DNA of 6,062 nt, taken from the IMG/VR virus record IMGVR_UViG_2713896780_000028. One strand, written 5' to 3'. Of this stretch, positions 1 to 5,783 are shown in pieces. The notes beneath the pieces were generated by a model, which was not told the DNA's origin, did no database searches, and saw nothing but the letters and a program-made list of their open reading frames with translations. How positions within the stretch are numbered: position 1 is the first letter of the stretch; every line of letters starts with the position of its first letter. Source of the DNA: a virus. Taxonomy: Duplodnaviria > Heunggongvirae > Uroviricota > Caudoviricetes. A program made the position numbers and the translations under genes.

Positions 1-71
1 GACCACTGCCTGGTAACTCGAAGTATTGCCCTGCATTCTGTGGGGCGGGGTGGGTTGGTATGAAAAGAAGG

Positions 72-110
72 ATACCCATAGGTATTTAAAAAGTAAATAC
101 CCATGGGTAA
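72..110. promoter_or_regulatory. Pair of palindromic operator-like 12-mers downstream of the repressor gene (putative OL-like sites)
   Basis: TACCCATAGGTA at 73-84 (one central mismatch from perfect dyad) and TACCCATGGGTA at 98-109 (perfect palindrome), centres 25 bp apart. The same core ACCnnTGGGTA recurs twice in the repressor/cro intergenic region. Confidence 0.4.
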
Positions 111-151
111 ATTTTTGCGGTGTCTTAACTGGTGACTAGTTGTTTGGTGAG

Positions 152-571
152 CTATGATGCGTTTTGTGCTTTCTTTTTACGGATTTCTTCGTAGATCATA
201 TTGTAATACTGTTTTTTCTCTTCAAGAGTTTTTAATAATTTATCCGCTTCACTTTCTGGCAGTTCGTCTAAGAGATCTAAAAAAATACGTTGTCGTGGCG
301 TTAGAACCCTTGTTTCATAACTGGAGGCTGTGTTCGTTGATGATGAAACGATACCATCCATCCATCCCCGGGGTAACCCAAAGGACTCTTCGATAATCTC
401 CACCATATCATCAGCGATCCGTTTTTTTCCCTTTTTCCCCTCTGGGTACAACATTCTTGATACATAAGAAGGCTCGCGCCCGATCTTTCTGGCCACGTTA
501 ACCGCTTTACCATCGCATTTCTCATCACGAATTTTGATGAGTTGCTGTCGTCTAAATTCATATTTGTCCAT
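152..571 (-). CDS. Prophage CI-like repressor, HTH DNA-binding protein (139 aa), no LexA/S24 peptidase domain
   Basis: ORF MDKYEFRRQQLIKIRDEKCDGKAVNVARKIGREPSYVSRML... with an HTH-like segment (AVNVARKIGREPSYVSRML). It is divergent from a Cro-like gene and flanked by repeated palindromic sites. The C-terminus is charged/helical (EADKLLKTLEEKKQYY) rather than a peptidase domain. Confidence 0.7.
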   Translation of the reverse strand: MDKYEFRRQQLIKIRDEKCDGKAVNVARKIGREPSYVSRMLYPEGKKGKKRIADDMVEIIEESFGLPRGWMDGIVSSSTNTASSYETRVLTPRQRIFLDLLDELPESEADKLLKTLEEKKQYYNMIYEEIRKKKAQNAS

Positions 572-606
572 AGGTAAATAATAGATGCGATTACCGCAAG
601 GTAAAC

Positions 607-646
607 AACCTGTGGGTATTGACTTTTGTTTACCTGTGGGTATTCT
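607..646. promoter_or_regulatory. Divergent promoter/operator region between repressor and cro-like gene (putative OR with PR-like promoter)
   Basis: AACCTGTGGGTA (607-618) and TACCTGTGGGTA (631-642), 24 bp apart, related to the 73-84 and 98-109 palindromes. A -35-like TTGACT (619-624) and -10-like TATTCT (641-646) are interleaved with these sites and face the cro-like gene. An AAGGAG Shine-Dalgarno at 661-666 precedes the ATG at 672. Confidence 0.45.
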
Positions 647-671
647 TTGCTGTGTTTACTAAGGAGTAGCT

Positions 672-953
672 ATGGAAGAATTAAGAATATTTCTCAATTC
701 TCTTTCGTCAGATGAACAGCGTATGTTTGCATGCGAGTGTGGTACCAGCATCGGTTATCTAAGAAAGGCATTGAGTAAAGGTCAAGTGTTAGGGGCATCG
801 TTATGTGTCCTTATTGAGCGAGCCAGTAATGGTGAAGTTACACGTCAGCAACTAAGGCCTTTTGATTGGATGAATATTTGGCCCGAGCTGGAAGATACCA
901 AAACGTTAACACAACCACTTTCTAGGAGCTTGATTCATGAAAATCAAGCATGA
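672..953 (+). CDS. Cro-like HTH protein, YdaS family (93 aa)
   Basis: Strong SD AAGGAG 5 nt upstream. Translation contains GTSIGYLRKALSKGQ...IERASNGEVTRQQLRPFDW, resembling the Cro/YdaS-type HTH pattern. It is the first gene of the rightward operon, divergent from the repressor. Confidence 0.7.
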   Translation: MEELRIFLNSLSSDEQRMFACECGTSIGYLRKALSKGQVLGASLCVLIERASNGEVTRQQLRPFDWMNIWPELEDTKTLTQPLSRSLIHENQA

Positions 954-1328
954 ACACATCCGCATGGCGATGAATGCCTGGGCNNNNNNNNNNNNNNNNN
1001 NNNNNNNNNNNNNNNNNNNNNNNNNNNNNNNNNCGACAGCCATCCGGAAGCCCTGGCTCGCAATACCCAGAAAATTTTCCGCTGGGTAGAGAAAGACACC
1101 CCTGATGCTGTTGAAAAAATGCAGGCTCTGTTACCGGCGATCGAAAAGGCGATGCCGCCTTTGCTGGTGGCCCGTATGCGCAGCCACAGTTCTGAATATT
1201 ACCGTGAGATCGTCGAACGGAGGGATCGGCTGGTGAAGGATGTCGATGATTTTGTTGCGTCAGCGGTTGTTTTGTATGACCAGATGAATCGCGGCGGCCC
1301 GGCAGGGAATGCTGTGGTGATGCACTAA
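937..1328 (+). CDS. YdaT-like prophage protein (putative toxin/cell-division inhibitor family), interrupted by an assembly gap
   Basis: ATG at 937 overlaps the stop of the upstream gene by 17 nt (MKIKHEHIRMAMNAW...). After the N-run an open frame from 1035 reads DSHPEALARNTQKIFRWVEKDTPDAVEKMQALLPAIEKAMPPLLVARMRSHSSEYYREIVERRDRLVKDVDDFVASAVVLYDQMNRGGPAGNAVVMH and stops at 1326-1328. The two pieces are in different frames only because the gap length is arbitrary. Confidence 0.55.
984..1033. other. Assembly gap (50 N)
   Basis: Run of exactly 50 N inside the YdaT-like ORF. Confidence 0.95.
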
Positions 1329-1350
1329 AAGCACGGTGTTCGGGGGTTTT

Positions 1351-2319
1351 ATGAGCAGCAAGCTTCATGGTCTTGTCTGGGAAGGGTGCGCCTTCACCGG
1401 CATGATCTTATCCAGGGTGGCGGTTATGGCCCGTCTTGCAGACTACAGCAATGACGAGGGCGTGTCATGGCCTGCCATTGAAACTATCCGGCGTCAGATC
1501 GGTGCAAGAAGTGAATCCACAGTGAAATCGGCTATTGCAGAACTGGCGAAAGAGGGCTGGCTGACGAAGGAAGAGCGTAAGGTCGGTGGGCGTAATGTAA
1601 GCAATATCTATCGGCTTAATGTGGAAAAACTCGAAGCAGCTGCGGCGGCGGCGCGTGAGTCATATAAACCGAAAAGAAAAATTAGCCCGGCAAAAAATGA
1701 CCCGTTAACAGTTGACCCGTCAAATATTGACCCCTCAACGGTTGACCCGTCAAATTTTGATGGATCAACTGTTGATAAAAAACTGCCGATTAGGGGGGCG
1801 ATGATTGACCCCGATCCGTCAGTATTAAAACCTGATCCGTCAGATAAAAGATCTTCTTGTCCGGACGTTTCACTGCCGGACGAAAAACAAGCATCACCGG
1901 TCGAGCGATTTCTGGAGAAACACCCGGATGCGCATACCTGGAATGTACCAAAGCGACAGTGGGGAACCCGGGAGGATTTGACGTGTGCACAGTGGATCTG
2001 GGGACGGGTTGTTGCGTTGTATGAACAGGCCGCCAGTGATGATGGGGAGGTATCACGCCCCAGAGAGCCTAACTGGACGACCTGGGCGAATGATGTGCGC
2101 ATGATGCGTATGCTGGATGGACGTAGTCACCGACAGATTTGTGAAATGTTTGGGCGTGTTCAACGGGATTCGTTCTGGGTAAAAAACATCATGAGTCCGG
2201 CAAAACTCCGGGAAAAATGGGATGAACTGGTTATCCGCCTGGGGCGTTCGCCCGCGCAGCGTTGCGTGAATCATATTTCTGAACCGGATACCGAAATTCC
2301 GCCGGGTTTCAGGGGGTAG
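1351..2319 (+). CDS. Replication initiator, lambda O-like / YdaU-like (N-terminal HTH, iteron-encoded linker, C-terminal domain)
   Basis: ATG at 1351 is preceded by GGGGG (1342-1346); the ORF track's GTG at 1336 is less likely. N-terminus VMARLADYSNDEGVSWPAIETIRRQIGARSESTVKSAIAELAKEGWL is HTH-like. The middle carries a DPxxV peptide repeat encoded by DNA iterons. The stop at 2317-2319 lies 6 nt before the next gene's ATG. Confidence 0.75.
   Translation: MSSKLHGLVWEGCAFTGMILSRVAVMARLADYSNDEGVSWPAIETIRRQIGARSESTVKSAIAELAKEGWLTKEERKVGGRNVSNIYRLNVEKLEAAAAAARESYKPKRKISPAKNDPLTVDPSNIDPSTVDPSNFDGSTVDKKLPIRGAMIDPDPSVLKPDPSDKRSSCPDVSLPDEKQASPVERFLEKHPDAHTWNVPKRQWGTREDLTCAQWIWGRVVALYEQAASDDGEVSRPREPNWTTWANDVRMMRMLDGRSHRQICEMFGRVQRDSFWVKNIMSPAKLREKWDELVIRLGRSPAQRCVNHISEPDTEIPPGFRG
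1698..1775. repeat. Origin-like iteron array: five to six direct repeats with 15-bp period, each containing the dyad TTGACnnGTCAA
   Basis: Units of TGACCCGTTAACAGT / TGACCCGTCAAATAT / TGACCCCTCAACGGT / TGACCCGTCAAATTT / TGATGGATCAACTGT starting at 1698, 1713, 1728, 1743 and 1758, followed by an A-rich stretch (gataaaaaactg). They sit inside the O-like gene, as lambda ori sits inside O. Confidence 0.6.
1805..1850. repeat. Second short direct-repeat pair next to the iterons (GATCCGTCAG, 21 bp apart), each followed by an AT-rich segment
   Basis: gatccgtcagtattaaaa (1813-1830) and gatccgtcagataaaag (1834-1850); possibly part of the same origin. Confidence 0.35.
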
Positions 2320-2325
2320 CGCACC

Positions 2326-3066
2326 ATGAAAAACATTACGTCAGGTGGTGTTCTGGCAAGAGTCAGCAGATTTGTGCCGCAGGATGCAATCCCTCCGTAC
2401 CGTACGGTGGCGGAGTGGCGGGAATGGCAGCTTGCTGAAGGGCGTAAGCGAAGCGAGGAGGTTAATCGTCTGAATCATCAGACGCGGGTTGAAAAAATCA
2501 TTAACCGCTCCGGTATCCAGCCGCTTCACCGGAAGTGTACGTTCGGTAACTACCGGGTGCAGAACGATGGTCAGCGCCATGCCCTGAGTCAGGCGAAATC
2601 CATTGCGGCAGAGCTGGAAGGCGGCTGTACGAATTTTGTTTTCAGTGGCAGGCCTGGCACAGGAAAAAACCACCTGGCGGCGGCTATTGGCAACCACCTT
2701 CTGGCGAAAGGTCGCAGTGTGATTGTGATAACAGTGGCGGATGTGATGCTGGCGTTACATGGCAGCTACGACAACAAAAACTCGGGCGAAAAATTTTTGC
2801 AGGGATTGTGTGGCGTTGACCTGCTGGTACTGGATGAAATTGGCATGCAACGGGATACGCGTAATGAGCAGGTCACGCTGAATCAGATTGTTGACCGCAG
2901 AACGGCATCGTTACTCAGTGTGGGGATGCTGACAAATCTTAACCATGCAGCGATGAATACACTTCTCGGCGAGCGGGTGATGGACCGCATGTCCATGAAC
3001 GGTGGTCGCTGGGTGACGTTTAACTGGGAGAGCTGGCGTCCGAACGTCAGCCAGCACAGGAACTGA
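2326..3066 (+). CDS. DnaC-like helicase loader / phage replication protein (IstB-like AAA+ ATPase, 246 aa)
   Basis: Walker [16 protein letters not shown] and Walker [11 protein letters not shown]-like AGGGGG at 2311-2316. Tightly coupled to the upstream initiator gene. Length and motifs match the DnaC-like proteins of Rac-type prophages (YdaV-like). Confidence 0.9.
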   Translation: MKNITSGGVLARVSRFVPQDAIPPYRTVAEWREWQLAEGRKRSEEVNRLNHQTRVEKIINRSGIQPLHRKCTFGNYRVQNDGQRHALSQAKSIAAELEGGCTNFVFSGRPGTGKNHLAAAIGNHLLAKGRSVIVITVADVMLALHGSYDNKNSGEKFLQGLCGVDLLVLDEIGMQRDTRNEQVTLNQIVDRRTASLLSVGMLTNLNHAAMNTLLGERVMDRMSMNGGRWVTFNWESWRPNVSQHRN

Positions 3067-3095
3067 GAAGTAATTTTTATCCGGAGGAAGTTTTA

Positions 3096-4026
3096 ATGGA
3101 AACCGTATTGCATGCACTGAAAGCGATGGGTAAAGCCAATTCTGTTGAACTGGCGGCGCGGCTTGATATCAGCCGTGAAGAAGTTCTCAACGAACTGTGG
3201 GAACTCAAAAAAAATGGCGTTGTTGATAAAACGGGTCACACCTGGTTTCTGGCTGGCGAAGGTGAATCCCGGGTAACCGAAGAGCNNNNNNNNNNNNNNN
3301 NNNNNNNNNNNNNNNNNNNNNNNNNNNNNNNNNNNCAACGGGGCGGCTGGCACGCGTTAATCAGAACGGTAAATTTCGTTACTGCATACCGGGCGCTGAT
3401 TTACCGGCAGAGCCGGAAGCTGCATCGGTAACGGAAACCGATAGTAAAGCCTTTCCTCAGCCAACAGGTGTTGCGTTACCAGTCCGGGAAGCGGAAACAC
3501 AGGAAGAAATAAAAACTGAAAGTGTGGCGGTCACAGTGCAGTCACAGCCGTCGTTCACCAGAAAGCATCNNNNNNNNNNNNNNNNNNNNNNNNNNNNNNN
3601 NNNNNNNNNNNNNNNNNNNCAACGGGGCGGCTGGCACGCGTTAATCAGAACGGTAAATTTCGTTACTGCATGCCGGGCGATAATTTACCAGCAGAGCCGA
3701 AAGCCGCGCTGGTAACGGAAAGTGATGGTAAGGCCTTTCCTCAGCCAGCAGGTGCTGCGTTACCAGTCCGGGAAGCCGCAACACAGGAAGAAATTAAAAC
3801 AGAAACTGTGGCGGACATTGTGCAGCCGTTGCCATCGTTTACCGAAACGCAAGCAGATGAGCTGATTTTTCCGTCCCTTCGCAGGGCAAACCTGGCGCTG
3901 CGCAGGGCGAAAAGTGATGTTCAGAAGTGGGAGCGAGTCTGCGCCGCGCTGCGGGAGCTGAACAAGCACCGGGATATTGTTCGACAGATTACTGATTCTT
4001 CCCGCCGTGTTGTATCGGAAAAGTGA
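3096..4026 (+). CDS. Prophage winged-helix protein with internal tandem repeats (recalled as DUF1627-like), interrupted by two assembly gaps
   Basis: SD GGAGG at 3083-3087. N-terminus [54 protein letters not shown] is wHTH-like. After each gap an open frame reads [16 protein letters not shown](I/M)[35 protein letters not shown]... (frame of 3338 and of 3622). The C-terminus ...[41 protein letters not shown] stops at 4024-4026. The frames are consistent with one ORF if each true gap length is a multiple of 3. Confidence 0.6.
3286..3335. other. Assembly gap (50 N)
   Basis: Exactly 50 N, followed by sequence identical to that after the next gap. Confidence 0.95.
3336..3569 (+). repeat. Tandem coding repeat, copy 1 (about 234 bp visible)
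   Basis: The first 52 nt are identical to 3620-3671, then about 85-90% identical through 3853, with a 6-nt indel near the end. Confidence 0.8.
3570..3619. other. Assembly gap (50 N)
   Basis: Exactly 50 N between the two repeat copies. Confidence 0.95.
3620..3853 (+). repeat. Tandem coding repeat, copy 2
   Basis: Begins with the same caacggggcggctggcacgcgttaatcagaacggtaaatttcgttactgcat as copy 1. Confidence 0.8.
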
Positions 4027-4041
4027 TTGCCGGAGGCGCTT

Positions 4042-4455
4042 ATGGCAAAAGTATTTACACAGGAAGAGCGGGAAAAAATTAAAGGGCAGGTTGTTGAGCT
4101 AGTACGCCGGAGTGGGCGCGAGACGTTACGGCAACTGGAAGCCAAGACAGGTGCGACAAGATATCTGATGAGCGTTCTTGCCAGAGAGCTGGTTGCCAGT
4201 GGCGATGTATACAACTCTGGTTACGGGTTATTCCCATCTGAACAGGCTCGTAAGGACTGGCAAAACGCCCGCAAAAAACTATCGAGGGCAAAACTGAAGA
4301 AACCGGTTGTGGTTGATCCTGACCTTATCTGGTCATTACCAGACGGAGAAATACGCCGCTATGACAGGCAATTGAACATAATTTGTAGTGAGTGCCGTAA
4401 CAGTGAAGTGATGCAGCGAGTTTTGATATTTTACACAGGAGTAATGATGGAATAG
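4042..4455 (+). CDS. Hypothetical prophage protein (137 aa), possible small winged-helix domain
   Basis: ATG at 4042 with SD GGAGG at 4032-4036; the ORF-track TTG start at 4027 is less likely. Translation MAKVFTQEEREKIKGQVVELVRRSGRETLRQLEAKTGATRYLMSVLARELVASGDVY... Stop at 4453-4455. Confidence 0.65.
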   Translation: MAKVFTQEEREKIKGQVVELVRRSGRETLRQLEAKTGATRYLMSVLARELVASGDVYNSGYGLFPSEQARKDWQNARKKLSRAKLKKPVVVDPDLIWSLPDGEIRRYDRQLNIICSECRNSEVMQRVLIFYTGVMME

Positions 4456-4806
4456 TGAAAATAACATGAAACCTTTGGATTCTGGTGTTTCAGTGGATGG
4501 GAAAAGAGCAGATACATAGAAAATGAATAGCAATAATTCACAGTCTGGATGTTGTTTGTATGCTTATAAAATGATCCTAGTATGCATTGCCGGAGTTGAA
4601 TCAGCTCCAATGAAGAAACTGAGAGGAGTATTTAGAAGATAGCTAAATGGATGTAATTATTAGTATCTAAAAAATAGTATTTTTGAAATGGGTCTAAGAA
4701 CACAACAATGTACAAATGAGAAGTTATCTTTTAATATGTTCAAAGACCCATTAGGATTGATATCAGTTATGTTAGCTAGATTGATAAAGTGATTACATAT
4801 TTTCTG

Positions 4807-5580
4807 TTATATGCTGAAATGAATAATGCTATTCCAGAGTGCAGCAGAGAAAGTCTCCTGATGATTGAGCTCTGGAAATTGTACAATAGAAAAATTACTG
4901 TATTTTTCTGTCAAAATATTTCTCAAAACAGATTCCGCTTTGATGGCTTCAGGATATAAAGATGCGGAGTAATCAAGGCTAAGATTTCCGTTAAGCAAGC
5001 ATATACTTTTAGTGTGCTTTGATTCTGATATATCATCTTTAATTATCTTGATGATTCTTTCATTCTGCCATAGAAGTGATGGTGCAGATATATAATAATA
5101 GTTAAAGCATGAATTATTTTTTAAGCAATCAAGCACAAAAATAGCACCTAGCGAGTGCCCCCATATACCGATTCTGGAACTGTTCGGAGCAATAGTACTA
5201 ACCCATGGCATGATCTGAGTTAGTAATAATTCTCGGAAAGACTGGCTTCCTCCACCAGTAAAGTAGATCCATGCTGGTTTAGAGTTATCAACAATAGCAT
5301 TTTCACCATCAGGAGTATAATCGTAAGCACGGCGATGAATGCTAAGGTTATTCCAAGATTCATAACCAAGTGTAACTAACACTGGTGGATTGGGTAGTGC
5401 ATCAATAACAGGCAGAATATCAGAAATGTAATTGTTGGCACTATTCCCATCAAGTATATAAAGAGTTGCATTATTTTTTTTAATGTTTTTTGGAGTAAAA
5501 ATACATATTTTATATTTGGTGTCATGGTTAATTGAGTTAAATATGCGTGTTTGACAATGAATGTCCATATGTTTAGTCAT
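4807..5580 (-). CDS. Alpha/beta hydrolase, putative esterase of the Fes/IroD/IroE type (257 aa), no signal peptide
   Basis: SD GGGGAGA 4 nt upstream of the ATG on the minus strand. Motifs: YILDGNS, RRAYDYTP, GGGSQSFRELLLTQIMPWV, nucleophile elbow GIWGHSLGAIFVLD (GxSxG), YYYISAPSL, FPELNHQETF (candidate catalytic His). N-terminus MTKHMDIHCQTRIFNSINHDTKYK has no hydrophobic signal or anchor. Very low GC. Confidence 0.75.
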   Translation of the reverse strand: MTKHMDIHCQTRIFNSINHDTKYKICIFTPKNIKKNNATLYILDGNSANNYISDILPVIDALPNPPVLVTLGYESWNNLSIHRRAYDYTPDGENAIVDNSKPAWIYFTGGGSQSFRELLLTQIMPWVSTIAPNSSRIGIWGHSLGAIFVLDCLKNNSCFNYYYISAPSLLWQNERIIKIIKDDISESKHTKSICLLNGNLSLDYSASLYPEAIKAESVLRNILTEKYSNFSIVQFPELNHQETFSAALWNSIIHFSI

Positions 5581-5591
5581 GCGTTCTCCCC

Positions 5592-5783
5592 ATGAGCATT
5601 AAAGGATGCTTAAGATATGCTATGTCACTGATAAAAAATTTGTTGTGTGTGTTTAGTTATTTTATCTACCTCCATTATGATTTAAGACTGATATATGTTA
5701 TCAGCAAAGGTACATCGTTATTATTTTACCTGTCAATACATTTGATATTGATTATCGTTTACATCGCTTGCTTAGGAAATTGA
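5592..5783 (+). CDS. Possible small hydrophobic protein (63 aa), divergent from the esterase gene; may be spurious
   Basis: ORF MSIKGCLRYAMSLIKNLLCVFSYFIYLHYDLRLIYVISKGTSLLFYLSIHLILIIVYIACLGN. It is an uninterrupted 63-codon frame in stop-rich AT DNA, but has no convincing SD and is low-complexity. Confidence 0.2.
   Translation: MSIKGCLRYAMSLIKNLLCVFSYFIYLHYDLRLIYVISKGTSLLFYLSIHLILIIVYIACLGN

Noticed and set aside
154-396. 80-aa plus-strand ORF overlapping the repressor gene
   Set aside because: It is antisense to a well-supported gene, has no RBS and the product is low-complexity. It looks like a shadow ORF.
301-561. 86-aa minus-strand ORF in another frame inside the repressor gene
   Set aside because: It is nested in an alternative frame of the better-supported 139-aa ORF.
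1336-1350. GTG start at 1336 for the initiator and TTG start at 4027 for the hypothetical gene, as in the ORF track
   Set aside because: The downstream ATGs at 1351 and 4042 have correctly spaced GGGGG and GGAGG Shine-Dalgarno sequences.
922-1368. 148-aa minus-strand ORF spanning the N gap
   Set aside because: It runs through the run of Ns (X residues) and is antisense to the YdaT-like gene. It is an artefact.
1608-2274. Minus-strand ORFs 1608-2102, 1790-2056 and 2053-2274
   Set aside because: They are antisense shadow ORFs inside the GC-rich O-like initiator gene, with no start context.
2341-3117. Minus-strand ORFs 2341-2697 and 2911-3117
   Set aside because: They are antisense to the DnaC-like gene, which has clear Walker motifs on the plus strand.
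3093-3431. ORF 3096-3431 read as a 111-aa protein ending [31 protein letters not shown], and minus ORF 3093-3353
   Set aside because: The C-terminal part is a frame artefact created by the arbitrary 50-N gap length; the real continuation is in the frame of 3338. The minus ORF spans Ns.
984-3619. N-runs as biological low-complexity or masked mobile elements
   Set aside because: All three are exactly 50 N and sit inside otherwise continuous ORFs, which is a scaffolding convention.
3336-3860. Possible CRISPR array, given repeated sequence separated by unknown sequence
   Set aside because: The repeat units are about 230 bp, coding, in frame and imperfect. They are not short palindromic repeats with spacers.
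3524-4026. ORFs 3524-3715 and 3670-4026 as separate small genes
   Set aside because: They are internal Met-initiated fragments of the single repeat-containing gene 3096-4026.
3760-4533. Minus-strand ORFs 3760-3969, 3921-4214, 4079-4291 and 4336-4533
   Set aside because: They are antisense shadow ORFs over plus-strand genes with good SD and start context.
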